Shown: positions 27,452 to 47,536, numbered from the stretch's first letter. The stretch: 64,000 nt of DNA from Blastocystis sp. Blastoise (GCA_039096225.1 JBBPEB010000034.1:1253031-1317030), one strand, 5' to 3'. Notes: generated by a model not told the origin, from the sequence alone. A program made the numbers and translations.

Positions 27452-27533
27452 TTAAAGATTCAAACGAGTTTTAAAATTAGATTTTGATTTTTTTTTAAGA
27501 CATTTATATTTTTTAATTTTAATGTAATGAATA

Positions 27534-27573
<40 letters not shown>

Positions 27574-27910
27574 TTATTATATATATAGGAAATAATTAAT
27601 TCAACTGTATTATTTATTGTGTTGGTAATAATACAGAAATAAATTGCTAATAAGTTACTTACTCATTATATATATGAGGAATAGAGTATATATAAATATA
27701 TATTACTTATTATATATAATAGATGTGTTGTTATGATGGTGTTTAAATATATAAATATTGTAAATATCTTTTTTATCTCCTTCAACACATATATTCTTTT
27801 ATCTATTTATTTTTTTATTATTATATTTGTTCTTATTATAATTATATTTTTATTATATATATATAGTTAACAAATAAAGATATTGATATATTAAACGAAT
27901 CTGTTCATAA

Positions 27911-27941
<31 letters not shown>

Positions 27942-27969
27942 GAATACATTCAAACTATTACTATTATAT

Positions 27970-31170
<3,201 letters not shown>

Positions 31171-31375
31171 AATAAAAGGTATATATTATTATTATTTTTT
31201 CTTTTTGATATGTATATATAATTTTCATTTATATTTCTTGTAAATTATTTTATAATTATATTGTATATATGTATATTTATTTAAAGTCAACAAAAAAGAA
31301 TACATAAGAAATAGTAATTATAAATATATTTATTAAAAATATCATATATACATAAAATAATTTATTTTTCTTTAT

Positions 31376-31709
31376 TTAGGTGATATAAGAAGAATTTATT
31401 AACGTTTAATTGTTCAGAATCTAAATCTATATTATCATAATCAAAATTTCTATATATATATAAAAGTTATTATTGTATATATATATATATATACAAGTTT
31501 CTAATATGTTTTATATTTTTTTGAAACATATTATATTCTTTGATAAATTGTTTAATCATTCCAAATATAAGAATTGCATTGTTATTATCATAAGATTTAT
31601 CACACTTTATATATAATATTTTTTTATTATATATATATATATATAAGTATATATATATATATACTTTTTTATATTGAACAATAATTTTTGATGTATTAGT
31701 TTTAAATAA

Positions 31710-31745
<36 letters not shown>

Positions 31746-32073
31746 TAGATAGATAATTCTATTAAAATAATTAAATATACTTTTTGATTTGATTAATTAT
31801 TTGATTGAGATATTTATCATTTCCATCTTCAATATCAAAGAAATTGTATATATTAATTGTAAGTGTTTTCTTTTTATCACCATTTGTCAGTTTATTAATT
31901 ATTAAATAATATCTATCTTTATTTCTATAATAATAATAATAATAATATATATATATATAGATGAATACTTTAAATAGATTGTAAATATAAAAAATATTGG
32001 TGAATTGGAATTAAAATGAAATTGAATTTCATAAGATATATTATATAGCTATATATATATGAATAATAAAGGG

Positions 32074-32110
<37 letters not shown>

Positions 32111-32337
32111 AGAATCATTAATAAAATCATTATAATTATAGTAGTTATGAATGAATAAATTTATATTATTGGTTGTTACAATTTTGTTATAAACATTTAA
32201 ATATAAATATAAATCAAATAATTCACTTGGAAAAGATCCTTCATGTAAGAATGTATACTATATATATTATATTATATTATATTATATTATATTATATTAT
32301 ATACATATTGTTTTTCATTAACTATTATCTCATTTTA

Positions 32338-32393
<56 letters not shown>

Positions 32394-35300
32394 TATATTA
32401 TATAATACTAATTAGATTATATGTTTGTTTATTATTTATTTGTATAGGATCATTTTCATATTGACTATTTTGACTATTATTATAACAACTAGCTGTATAT
32501 ATATATATATAAATATTATATTATTATATTATATACATTATATATATATATATTATATTATATTATATTATATATATATATACAAATATTAATATTATCA
32601 TTTGAATAATTTATAGATAAATTTGATGATTGATTATGAATTTCTTTGCTTATATCATTATTTTCAGATAATGAAGTATAATCATATACATCAGTAGGTA
32701 TTATATTATCAGCATTAATATTATCAATATTATATTTAATAGATGATTGTATATTAGAATTATTAGCTGAAATTATATTAGCTGAAGATTGGTTATTATT
32801 TTGAATAACTTTAGATGCATATTCATTAGTATTTTGAAGTTTTTGGAAAGAAATATTATTACTATTACTAATTATTGGATTAGCCAAATTATTATTGATA
32901 TTATTTAATAAGATATTAGGAGATGAAGAAATTATATTATCATTACTACTAATTATTGGATTTAATGAATTATTGTAATTGATTGATGAATTAAGATAGT
33001 TATTATTATTTATTAATGGATTTGAAGAACTGTTATGATTAATGAATGAATTAGAAGAATTATTATTATTTTGATTATTAATATTGATTGATGAATTAAG
33101 ATAATTATTATTATTGATTGATGAATTAAGATTGTTGTTATTATTGATTGATGAACTAAGATAATTGATATTATTGATTGATGGATTAGAAGAATTGTTA
33201 TAATTGATTGATGTACTAGATAAATTATGATTATTATTTACTATTGGATTAGATAAATTATGATTATTATTTGATATTGGATAAGAAGAATTGTTACAAT
33301 TGATTGATGTATTAGATAAATTATGATTATTATTTGATATTGGATAAGAAGAATTGTTATAATTGATTGATGTATTAGATAAATTATGATTATTAGTTGA
33401 TATTGGATAAGAAGATATTGTTATAATTGATTGATGTATTAGATAAATTATGATTATTATTTACTATTGGATTAGATAAATTATGATTATTATTTGATAT
33501 TGGATAAGAAGAATTATTAATGAATGAATTAGAAGAATTATTATTATTTTGATTATTATTGTTGATTAATGGATTAGATAAATTATTTATTATTTGCTTA
33601 GAAGAATTATCATTGATAGAATTATCACTATTGGAAATGATAGAAATATTAAACTGATTAATATCTTCAACAGAATTATGAATACTTGGAATTGGAGAAT
33701 AATAATTATTTAATATATTATTATTATTTAGATTATATTGATTATTTAATGAATCATTTATACTATAATTATTATCATTGTTATTAGAATTAAATGAAGG
33801 AAGAAGAAGAGGAGAAATAAGTTCTATACTTTTTTTATTTTCATCATCATTCATACTATTGAACTTTATAATGGGAGATATAATTATAGGAGATATTTGT
33901 TGATCTGATAATTTAATATATTTATTTTCATTGTTACAATTATTTATTTTAGCACTATCTTTTGATTCCATCTATGGGATATATATGATAATATGAATAT
34001 ACATGAATAATATGAATATGAATATATATGGATAATATGAATATGAATATGAATATGAATATGAATATGAATATGAATACATATGGATAATATGAATATA
34101 CATGAATAATATGAATATGAATATATATGGATAATATGAATATGAATATGAATATGAATATATATGAATATGAATATATATGGATAATATGAATATGAAT
34201 ATGAATATGAATATATATGAATATGAATATATATGGATAATATGAATATACATGAATAATATAAATAATATCGATAATAAAAATAATATGGATAATATTG
34301 ATAATATGAATACTTTAGATGATATATCTTCTTTTGATTCAATATAACGATTTATATCATAATTGAATGTACACTTTCTAACCAGTAATTCATATGAGCA
34401 AGTTCTATATATATATATATATATATATATAGATATCTACATACTAGAGCTTCATGAATGGTTATTAGGTTACCATCAATATCTCTTTCTGGGACAAAAT
34501 AATTCATTTCTTTAGCGAATTGTTTATCCAGGACATAATCAATGAATACTTTTATACCAAGCTCAGAAGTACATAAATCATTTAATTTAAAATCATTATT
34601 ATTATATATAGTTTTATATTTTATATTTAGATTATAGTATTTGTCATGAACATCATTTGTATGATGGCAACTTCTGATGAAACTTTGGCAATAAAGAGGA
34701 TTAACACAATTTGTTCTTCCAAACCAAGTGGCAAAACAATGTCTATAGGAATAACCTGAGTGATCTTTAGGTATGTTACTAAATAATTTTTTTAATTGAT
34801 GTTTACAACTATATAGGTATATAAGTTAATATATATATATATATATATATATAGATTTAGATAAATATATATATATAGGTATACATAGTGGGATAGGTAC
34901 TATATGTGAATTGGGATGCTACATAATTACTATTAGTATTTGGTTTTCGTATATATAGGAATAAATTTGTTGTATATTCAATATCATTATCTTTTAAATA
35001 TTCACATATTTGATTTCTTATAATTATATATTTATCATATATCTTTTGAAATTTTTCGCATAAAATATATATATCAGGAAATTTTTTGCCGTCAGAATAA
35101 GGAATATTTCCATTCTTAGATCCTGTATGTATTATATATATATATTCTTTTTTAGTATTTTCATTTCTATATTTCTTTAGGTTTTCAAATAATTTCAAAT
35201 TATATATATCATTATTTCTAAGTGGACAGCCTGTGCAAGTCTGAAGGAGATACATCATAAGAATCGTAATAGTATGAAATTTTTTTATATATATATCATT

Positions 35301-35782
35301 AATATTTTTCTTATTATTAATTTCTTCTATATATATATTAATTTTTTCAAATAATGTTCTAATTATATTGTAGTAATCTTGTAAAGAGATAAGAGCTTCC
35401 ATTTTCTTTTTCTTATTCAAATCCTCAAAAGCTTTACTATCATTTTTACTAATGAAATTGCTATCTGTAATCATAACTGAAGACTTGTGAGTAATATATG
35501 TTAGTGTTTCTTTTATTATATCTTTCATTTTATTATCTATATATACATTTTTTCTTTCTATATAGGTAATTATAGATCTTATCTCTTGTATTCTATTATG
35601 AAGGGTTTTTGGACAATTTGATCTGGGCAGAATATTTAGAGTAACGTATTTATATATAAAATCAGGAAATAGTAAAATATTCAAACCATAATGATCAAGT
35701 TCTTCCTGATATAATACAAAAGCAAAATTGATTATATCACAAATACTAAGCATAATTTCATAACTATATATATATATATATA

Positions 35783-35814
<32 letters not shown>

Positions 35815-36130
35815 GATACAAAATTTGTTTCTCAGATAGAGAATATATAGATATATCCGGTATTTTATCCTCAACCCCGTTTTCATAGAAGTCTCCAGTA
35901 ATCACAGATTTAATTAAAGGTAAAGCATATTTTATAAATATTTTTGTATTTGTATCCATTAGTAGAATTCTTTTTCTACTACACTTTCTTTGATATTTCC
36001 AATATTTTATTATATTATATAGGCGACTAATATCATCATCACTTAATCGTTCTGGTAAAAAGCAACCAAGAAGATTTTTATTTATTTCTAATGATTTCTC
36101 ACCAAGATTTATTTTTTCATTTAATTTTAC

Positions 36131-36190
<60 letters not shown>

Positions 36191-36492
36191 TTCTTAATTC
36201 TTGAATTGTATTTAATGATTCTTCATTATTGTTATTTTTCTTAAGTATCTAGAATTATTATATTTTTAAATGTATATACATATAATATATATATAGATAC
36301 ATATCCTAATTGCAGATATATATAGGTTTGAAGATCCAAATCTTTTACAAGTAGTGGGTTAGTAATAATCTATAAATTAAAATTAAAATAAATATGATTA
36401 TTATTTAAATATATACATGTTTAGTATAGTTTGTATCCGAGTTCAAAATTAAATTACACAAATTATTCATAAAATCCTGTATATATATATTA

Positions 36493-36549
<57 letters not shown>

Positions 36550-36916
36550 GATTTTAAATATACTTCATTATCATCAAGATTTATTTTGTATTGCTTCAAA
36601 AAATTATATATTTCTGATCTTATCTATTGAGTATATATATATATAAATCAAAAAATATTATTTTAAAATATATTTATACTTCTTCATCTATTTCATTATT
36701 ATTCTTAATTATATTTTGAATATCTATATATCGTATGAATTATAATAATAATAATGCATTTAATATATAAACAATTATTACTTGATAATGTATATAGAAA
36801 TGTTTTGAGTTCTTCTGAACTTATTAGAATTTCTTCATCATCTTCTTCTTCATTATTTTTAATTGCTAGTGGTATATAGTCTATTTTATTCTTATTTGAT
36901 ATAATTTTCCCATTAT

Positions 36917-36962
<46 letters not shown>

Positions 36963-38549
36963 GTGAGTCTATATCAATTACATTATCTTGAATTTCGTCA
37001 TTATTCTTGTTAGAATTGAATTTATAAGATTGATTATTATTTATCTTAATAGAATCATATTCTTTATTATCTATAGATTTCTTTTTTATTTTTATATTTT
37101 TATGTAGAATCGGTGAAAGAAATGATGCTTCAATAGGAAATTCATGACAAGCAGGTAATTGTTTATTTATAGAATTGGGATTACATTGATTATTTAAATT
37201 ATTATTAGATATAGTAGATTTAATAGAATTATTAGAAATTGATATAGGTGGAGAAGGAGATGAATGAAAATTATTGATAGATGAATTATTATTATGATTA
37301 TTATTAAAAGTTGATATAGGTGGAGAAGGAAATGAATGAAATTTATTGATAGATAAATCATTATTATTATTATTAGAAATTGATATAGGTGGAGATAGAG
37401 ATGAATGAGATTTATTGATAGATAAATTATGATTATGATTATTATTAAAAATTGATATAGGTGGAGAAGGAGATGTATAAAATTGATTAATAGATGAATT
37501 ATTATTATTATGATTATTATTAAAAATTGATATAGGTGGAGAAGGAGATGATATAGAAGATGGAGATGAATTAAATTTATTGATACATGAATTATTATTA
37601 TGATTATTATTAAAAATTGATATAGGTGGAGAAGGAGATGAATGAAAATTATTGATAGATGAATTATTATTATGATTATTATTAAAAATTGATATAGGTG
37701 GAGAAGGAGATGATATAGAAGGAGATGAATTAAATTGAATAGAATGAATAGAAGGAGATGAATGAAAATTATTGATAGATGAATTATTATTACGATTATT
37801 ATTAAAAATTGATATAGGTGGAGAAGGAGATGATATAGAAGATGAAGATGAATTAAATTTATTGATAGATGAATTATTATTATTATTATGATTATTATTA
37901 AAAATTGATATATGTGGAGAAGGAGATGATATAGAAGGTGAAGATAAATTAAATTGAATAGAATGAATAGAAGGAGATGATATAGAAGGTGAGTAATATA
38001 GATCACTATTCATATATAATGGATTAGGGTCTTTAGATAAAGGACTAGGAGGAAAAGAAGAACAAGAAGAAGAATCATCGATCAAAATTGTATTAACTAT
38101 ATATATTATTTATGAAATGAAAATTATATTATTATTAATGTATATATATATATATTACAATTATTATTTAATATTTTTTTATTTTGTTTTTGAAATTTAT
38201 TGTTATTTGAAGATGAGATTTCTATTTTATTATAAGATATTATTATAGTATATATATACTTTTTTTAGGTGTACTTGATTGACGAGTTTTTTCATAAGTA
38301 GAATCAATAGATAATTGTTGAGTTTCTAGTATATCATTTTTAAAACGATTGTTATTTTTTTTGATTTTATTACTTTTAGTATTCGCTATAATTTTAATAA
38401 TTAATATATAGATTTATTAATAATAATATATAAATTATTTTGGTATTAGATACAATCAAATTGATTAATACTTATTTGGTTTTGCTATATAAATATAAAT
38501 AATTTATTTATCATGTATTATGTATATTATATCATACAATTCTTTTCAT
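31376..38549 (-). CDS. tyrosine recombinase copy 2 (apparent frameshifts)
   Basis: Same exon chain and intact catalytic motifs; +1 insertions near 33417 and 34403 and a lost acceptor near 36134 (real lesions or errors). Confidence 0.7.
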
Positions 38550-41500
38550 TACTATTAAATAAGAAAAATAAATATTGTTATTTATAACTTATTTTTTTCT
38601 GAATAGTTTTTTTTTAATCAATTATATTTTAATATAAAATAAAAACTGTAAACAAACTGTAAACAAACTGTATATTAACTGTATATTAACTGTATATTAA
38701 CTGTATATTAACTGTATATTAACTGTATATTAACTGTATATTAACTGTATATTAACTGTATACTAAATAAAATTAAACTGTATATAAACTGTATACAAAA
38801 TTTTTCTGATCAACGAATGGTTTATATATATAGGATTTAAATATATTTTTAAATATAATTATTATATATATATATGTTTTTATATATCGTACATTATTTT
38901 TTTTCCAGTTTAACAAATTTAGAATATAAATTTATAAAAACTTAATTATAAGAAAAATAAAATAATTAATACTAACCCTGTTGATACGATGACAATCAGT
39001 ATCAGTATCATTTCTATTGTTAATTATATTATTTTTTTGATGATGCTAATTTATATATTGTTTTTTATTTATGTATATAGTATATACTTTATAAGTCAAA
39101 AGAATAATATTAAAAATTAATTGAAAAAATTTATAAAAGTATATTATCTATATTATGACTTATTCTATTTGAATTTGGTAGTTCTTTGACATATGACACC
39201 ATTTTATTCTATGTATATAATCTAAAGATTATAAATATATAGATGAGATTCATTTAAATATCATATTTCAGGATATAGAGCATAAAATTGTCGATGAAAA
39301 ATTATAAAAAATCTTGCATCAAAAATCATTTTTTTCAATCATAATTGATCCTATCAACTCATTCACACAAATTATAACACTTTTAAAGCTATATTATATA
39401 TATACATACTATTTAGATATTTCTTAGTAAATATGTTTCTTTAAAATATAAAATTGAATGAAAATCGTTTAAAAAATCGATAGCTTAAAGAAATGATTTC
39501 TATAAAAGAGTCATAACCACATTTATTTATTATATTTTTAACACTTTTATATGTTATATATAATTATGATAGTGTTATTATTCTATACAAAAAGAATTAT
39601 TATTATTAAATAAGAATTGACGGAGCTATATGACTTTTATTAAAGAGAGGCAAAAAAAAATTAAAAAAACTTAAATTTCTTCTTTTCATTTTTGATACCC
39701 TAGATAATGAATTTTGAAGCAAATCTGTTCGTATGCATTTAATACATGATATAGCTTAGTAATAACTAAAAATAACAAATTTAGAAGACAAAAAAAAACA
39801 ACATATTGCATTTTGACCCAATGTCGACTTGTCAAGATAAATCTATTAAAGTATTATTTCTTATGTATGGACAATACTGTATATGAATATAAACGATATA
39901 AATTGATTTGATAACTTTAAATAAGTCAAAAGACCCTTTTTTCAATCTTGCCAAAACTGATTCATTTTGTACGAAAATTTTATTTTTTTTATTTCAACTT
40001 TTCTCAATGATGGATTGTCGTTATATTATGTTTGACACCAAAAAATATATCTACGTTTTATAAACTTTATATCTATTATGCTTTTATATTATTATTCTGA
40101 AAATGGAAGACACTATTACAATAACAAGATTAAAAAAGTGATTGATCATGATTTTTAAATAATCAAGGCTACTGATCTCATTTTTGAACTAATATGTCTT
40201 AAATATACAAAATATGTATCTGTAGGTTATTCTTGTTCGATATTGGTGTCTTTCATATATATTTAATATATTTTTATTGGTGAATGAGTTAAAAGAAACT
40301 TGAGTATGCGAATTATTTTTTTCTAAAAATTTCAGTTTTTTAAATCTCATTCGTAAGTACTCATTTAAGTTATATTTAAAAATTATGAATATACATATGT
40401 GTACTAGATCCTTATTACTATCTATTTGATATACATATATGTTTGAATAAGGACCTTTTTCAAAACTGATGCAAATGCTGACTTGAATAGAAAAGTATAA
40501 GTGTGTTATTCTAAACACATATCATATGTATTTTAGTTTAATACACATTTTAGAAAGTATTTGGCACAGCATTCTCATTTCGAAATGTTAATTTTTCACT
40601 TTTAAAGAATCTAGTTGTAAGAAAATGTTCTACAGGTCAAAATATCTACAAAAAGTAAAAAAATGTGAATATTAATATTGTTTAATAGTGACTAAAAAGA
40701 AAATAAAAGTAAATTGAAAAACAAATTATTTAAATAAAAAATAGAAAATAAAGAATTCTAAGAGATTTTAAGAATTCTAGAAGAAATGAAGAGAAAAATA
40801 TTTTAAAAATTTTAGAGTCATTTCAAAAATCAAAAATTTAATTAGAAAAAACAATATTTTTAAATGAAATATAGCTTGTTTTCAATACTTTATTATGTTA
40901 TATGTAATCTTATATTTAGTAAAAGCTCGTTTAAACAGTCATAGATACCTATATAAATTTATATGAAAAGTCATTCTTATATTATTTTTCTTAATTAATT
41001 ATATGACTTTTTTTGAATACAATATTTGACCTCATAATTGAGTATATAATATATGTCACATATCAAGTGTATTCAATCAAAACCTAAAAATATATTTTAA
41101 TTGCTTTGAAGAATAGAAATGACTTTAAGATTTACTTGTTTTGTTATTTTAATAGAAATTAGATTTTAAACAAAAATATCATACTAATATATAAAAGATG
41201 ATATGTAACTAAATATGAAAACTATATTTTTGATATTATTTATTATATAATCGTTGAATGAGAAGAGTTTGTTTCTTTTTTTTTTCTTTCAGTTTTTATT
41301 CTTATATTTTAATTTCATTAGTTTATGTTATATTGATGATAAATACTATTGTAAGGTAATTTTAAAAATATATCTTTAAGTATACAATTAAGAAATAATA
41401 GGCTCATTCTTGTTAATTTAACTTTCATCAAAATTTTATATATCAAAAAATTGTTTATTATATATTTTGCTATGTCTATATACCTAAACCTTCTTTCACT

Positions 41501-42228
41501 TTTTTTTCATTAAATATTTTCTTATTTTCAAATATTAAACAAACAGAATTTAAACTCATTCTTAAGACATCCAAAATTTGTAAATATATATTTCCTTAAA
41601 ACATTCACAAGAGTTATTCATTGTTTTAGTTTCATTCAAATCAATATAAAATATTTCAATAATTTGTTTTTATTTTCTAATATTCTCTTATAATCAAGTA
41701 TCAAGTGTTGTTTTACAAATTGACTAATAATCATCTTTTGTATTCATAGACTAAACGATATATTATATATTTCTATATCTATTGATAGTGTTTTATTCAT
41801 GTATGATATTCTTAAATTATTATATATTTTAATTTTAAGATATATTCATTAAATTTAATTCTTAATCTTTTTTGTTTTGTTTTATTATCAAAGAATGAAG
41901 ATATTTTTTTTTATATATAACATTGAAACATTAGGGTTAGGAAGCTAAACAAGTAATTTTTAAATAATAGTTACTAAAGCAAAGACACTTAAACAACACA
42001 TTTGTTTTATAACAAAAAATATAAAGTTATTTATTTTATGTACTCACACCTTATTCCAATATACATATTATTATAACATACTAATATACTATAATGAATG
42101 ATATATTATGTCAATAGTCTCTGATGAAATATCATCATATTTTCAATATAATGATAAACAACAATGTATATAAACAATATTCTTTTTTTGAAATTTCTGG
42201 TAAGTATTAAAGTTAATTATATGTAGCA

Positions 42229-42242
42229 GGTTAGGGTTAGGG
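42229..42242 (+). repeat. 14-bp telomeric linker GGTTAGGGTTAGGG between units
   Basis: Directly visible at the head-to-tail junction. Confidence 0.95.
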
Positions 42243-42343
42243 AAAAAAAAATATATACTGAGAGTATGTTATAAAATGTTATAATATTTTTTAATATTAT
42301 AAATATAATTGGATAAAAAAAGATATTATTGATTTAATTGGTA

Positions 42344-42860
42344 GTCTAGAATCGTAGAATCGTAGAGTCTACGATTGTATGATTGTAGGATTAAATAAAC
42401 CAATAGAATAAGTTTAAAAAAAAATCAACCAAAATAGTATTAGGGTAAAAAAGTGAACCAAAATAGTATTAGGGTAAAAAAATGATAGAATAAAGTGGTA
42501 ATGTTTTAAAAGAAGGGTTCTCAAAATTTTATTAGGGTGAAAATAATTAATTTAATTGGTTAAAAAAATAAAATAAAATAATTGGGTATTGTAGAATTGA
42601 AAAAAGAAGAAAATAATTGGATAAAAAAAGATTTATCCAATAAAAATAGAGTTTTTCATTTCTACAATCATAGAATCGTAGACTCTACGATTCTACGATT
42701 GTAGAATATAAGATAATGAATTTGATTGGTAGTCTACAATCGTAGAGTCTACGATTCTACGATTGTAGGATTGTAGGAAAATGAATTTGATTGGCTGTCT
42801 ACAATCGTAGAATCGTAGAGTCTACGATTCTACGATTGTAGGATGAAATAAGCCAATAGA
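42344..42860. repeat. palindrome/CCAAT cluster, copy 3
   Basis: Perfect 43-bp palindrome at 42799-42841. Confidence 0.85.
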
Positions 42861-43065
42861 ATGAATTAAAATAAAAAAGTCAACCAAAATGTTATTAGGG
42901 TAAAAAAGTGGTTGACCTTTTTGAGAGGCTTTTTTATTTTGCTTTATTTTTTTTGTTTATTTTTTAAATTATAATGGTAATTCTTTTATTTTTATTTATT
43001 TAATGAATTCAATATATTTATTTTTATTTTTATAATGAAATATTATTTATATTAAATAATAAATA

Positions 43066-43714
43066 GACGCCATTCTTGGCTTGGGTTTGAATGTGTAGCT
43101 ATTTATAGTGTTAGGATACCTGTGGTCTGTTGAAATATGGTGCTATTCATGGATCTGTTTGAATTACTACGTTTGAAAAGGTTTAAGGTAAGAATGGGAA
43201 GATTTTAATTATGGTATATATTTTATTTTTATATTATATCATACTATATTATTGATTGTCTTATTATATAGTTGAAAGTGATGTTTATGAATGAAAATTC
43301 ATAACATCACTTTTTCCCATTGTCTTTGTAGTGTTGGTTTTGGTACTTATGATGATAAACTATGTTCTACGATGATTTTGGATCATTTATGTTGTCTTAG
43401 TATCATTGGAATACTTTTTAAGGTATATATTATATTAGACAATTGTGGTGATTATGTATAAATATTTTATATTATATAGTTATTTTTATATAGAAAGTAT
43501 ATATAGGATGAGTTGAGTGTGTTTAATGAAGTATTAAGTCTTTTTTGTAAGTATTAGGTATAGAAATTATTAAAATAGGTAAAAAAAATTATAACAAAAA
43601 TTCAAAAATTTCTAAACTATTCTTTCAACTAGAGGGTGTTTCACCCATCAAATAGGTATATATTATTTATTTTATTCTATATTATTATTATATAGGTTGT
43701 GCGTGTGTTGGATA
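43066..43714 (+). ncRNA. putative spliced non-coding transcript, copy 3
   Basis: Matches 22897-23545; hairpin at 43275-43313. Confidence 0.35.
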
Positions 43715-44957
43715 TATATATAATATATAATATAAATAAAAAATACATAATAAAAAAAGAAAAATTGATTGAATATCATTTTTATTTTTTATTTTAAAAT
43801 TTAATTTTTTAATATGTTTATATAATTATTATAATATAATATGAATACAATCAATGTGAATTAACATATAGATACTATTTAAATAAATAAAAGTTTTGTT
43901 TAAAGACATTTTGTAAAAAACTATGAATTCACTCATGTTGACTTAAATAAACAAAAATAACTTTTATGAAGTTATTATAGACTAATAAACATATGTGTAT
44001 GATAATAACTTGTTTTAAAAACAAAATAGTTTAATAATGTTAAGAATTGTGTGTATAAAAGAATACTTGAAAAATGATTATAATAAAATATTGATAATTA
44101 AGTCATAAAGTAATTAAATAAGTGAATCATGAACAGTTTGAAGATAGTTGAAGGAGAGACTTTGACATGATTTGTTTTAAATATTTTATAAAAACATGTT
44201 AAATGAATTTATAAAGTGATTATTAATAAGAATTAAACATAATAATAACTTTAAGAAAATAATTAATAAGAATGAGAAGATAATGTTTTAGTAAAGTATA
44301 AAATAAAAAATATATATGATGACTAGAGATGATAATGAGTATAAAAATGAATAAATAATGAATATTAAGAGTATCTAAATAATAAATAAATAAAAAGAAG
44401 AAGTTTGAAAAGATAGATAAAGTTCTTAGTATAATTTTTCTTTTTATTCTCATTTTATTATTTTTAAATAACATATATTATTCTTTTGAATTAAAATTGA
44501 TACTATTCATTGAATAATAGTCTATAGTATACACTAGTATGACTAAAAGTTGAAAAATAGAATAAAATATTTTTTAAGAATGGATGAATTGTGTGTAAAC
44601 ATAGTTGTTTAGAATGCTTATATAAGTTTAATATGTTATAATGAATATTTATAATTGAAAAAAGATAATAAATTAACATATTTTATATAAAAATGTTTTA
44701 ATTACTGGTGCTGAAGTGTTGATATAAACATATTAAGATGATATTTGTCATGAGAATTGAAAATAAAGGTAGAAAAGAAAGAAATATTAATTAGAAGACT
44801 ATATTACTATTTGAAAATTTTTTAATTTTTGTAAATACAAAGAGATTTCTTGATGATTAAATAATTGAAGATAACTATATATATTACATAATTGATTAGA
44901 TAAACATTTGAATTCTATATATATAGAATAATAATTATAAATTAAAAGAATAGAATA

Positions 44958-45027
44958 ATTTAAGTCAGGAATCGAACCTGATATATATATAATATTTATA
45001 TATTCTATCCATTTATAGAAATTAAAT
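44958..45027 (-). other. tRNA-like mimic A, copy 3
   Basis: Matches 24789-24858. Confidence 0.5.
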
Positions 45028-45135
45028 ATTAAAATAATAATATATTTTAATATATTGAATTCATCTTCTATATATATATATATAATATAATTATAATATA
45101 AAAATTAATTATAAAAAGAATATAATAAAATAAAA

Positions 45136-45199
45136 TATTTAAGCCAGGATTTGAACCTGTATATATATATATATATCCATCCATTATGGAGCTTAAATA
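45136..45199 (-). other. tRNA-like mimic B, copy 3
   Basis: Matches 24967-25030. Confidence 0.55.
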
Positions 45200-47536
45200 C
45201 GATAAACAAAAGTAATTATAAGTATATATGAATAGAAAATAATATATATATATATAAAATTATAGAAAAACACAATAAAAGTTACAAGAAAGGAATACCA
45301 ATGTGAAAGAAAAAAAAAAAGGGAAATATTAGAATAAAAAAAGATTATGTATAAATATATATATATATATATATACGAAAGCAACAAAGCTATTAATACA
45401 CCAAGAGAACAAAATACATAAAAAATAAAATATATATTATATAAAATAGTTAATAAAAATAATATAAAATAGTATAATAAACCACATAAATATGTAAATA
45501 TAAAAAATAAATATATAATAGATAAAGACAAATATAATAAAAAAAAAAATAAAAATATAATATATATATTTACATAAGATACCTAAAATTGTAACCCAAT
45601 TCATCTCAAATAACATTACAAGACTATAAACAAGACAAAGAATCCAAATAGAAGCAAAAGAAGAAAAATATCAAGCACAATGGAGACGATGATCATCTCT
45701 TTGATAACAAAAACTATATATAAATACTGTATATAAATAAATAAGATGATAATAAATATATTTATAATAATATAAAAGTAAATAAAGAATAAAAAATAAT
45801 AAAAAAAAAAGAAAAAATAAATAAATAAAAATATACAGGAAAAAGGATATTTTTGATAAAGAAGAGATCATTTGAGTAGAATAGAAAGGTCATAAAGAAC
45901 ATCATAATAGTTTGAGAGCATTAAAACCAAAGAAGAAAGGAAACAACGAACCCATGATGGGTGAATTAACCTTTAAACTATATAAAATAATAATAAAATG
46001 AATAGAATAAATATATAAATACCTTGTAGATTGTTTGAACACATTAAAACCAACAAGAAAGGAAACCAACACAGAGATCACCAATCAGGTAACACCAAGA
46101 CTTCCTAAATAAATATATAATATTAAATAGATAAATAATATAGAATATATACCATTTTAAGCACTTTTTGAAGAACAGCAAAAGGAATGGAGATTTTGAA
46201 GAATGGAGAGACTACAAGACCTAAGAATGAGACAGCTAGGAGATATAGAGATGATAAATAGATAACATACATAATTAATTAAAAAGATAAAGTTTTGATA
46301 AATATATAAGATAGATAAATAATGAAATTTGAAATTGTTTTTAGTGAAGACAAAAGAAAAGTGTCATTATAAATAAGAATCACGATTTCATGAATGGATC
46401 TCGTTATAATTTGAATAAATTTTATGTTTTTTTTAAAACTTGTTTTTTAAAAATAGTTTTTCTTTAGATAATGTGTTGTTTTAAATATAAATGTGTTTTT
46501 GAATGTTTATAATAACTCAAGATGTAAACATTATTAGTAAATTTATTTTATTGAATTATTTTATAGATAAAAAAATAGTGATCCGTGACAAAAAGCTTTA
46601 ATAAAGAGTATTTAGCATATATTATAGACTTATAAAGCAATTCAAGATGAAAATGAGTTCAAATATTGTTTAATTATTGATATTAAGAGATAAAAAGGTG
46701 ATGTTTATAATTGTATTTCAAATGAGTTTATTGAGTTTATATTGAGTTGATAGAGCTTATGCTTGATAGAATAGAGTTGATTTAGATTTATTTATTATTA
46801 AACAGTGAATGGATTGACAATGTTAACTTTTTATTGATTAAATGATTATAAATTGTGTTTAAAATAGTATATAGAGATAAAAAAATAAAAAAATAATTTA
46901 TATTATAATGATATTTATAAAAGAATATTAAAAATGTAAAACACAGATCGTTGTTTTATTCGTTTACGGTAAAAGTTAAATGAATCCGTATAATTTTATT
47001 TTAATTCTTGAAATATAGAAAAAATTGACACTTGGTCTTTGATTTATTTTTTTTTTAAGTTATGTGTTGCTGTGATGCTTTATTCAGATTGAATATATTA
47101 AATTCAATAAATAAACAATGTTCCGCTTCAATATTTAGTATATATTTTATATATTATTTTAGTTAATTGCATTCTTTTGTTTAGGTTACATGATTATTTA
47201 AGATTTGGTCTGTTATTGTGTTATAGAATAGGTCAATATAATGTTTCAAATAACATATTGGATTAAAGAAATACTTTTAGTATGCATTTCTATTTTGAAT
47301 TAGTTTTATTTATTTTATATACATATATTTTATAGTATTAAAATGATTAGAGAGTATATCACGTAGTTATCGTGATTATTAATTGAATTCCGTATTGTAT
47401 TTTGATGAATTAATTGTAATATATATATATATATTTTTTTTAATTTCTTATTTATTTTAATTTTTAATTAAAATTATTATTTAAATTAATTCATTTATAT
47501 TAGAGTTATTTAATTATTATTCTTTTTATATTTTAT

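Noticed and set aside
26900-27950. Plus-strand intron-patterned segment
   Set aside because: No coherent reading frame or structure could be assembled
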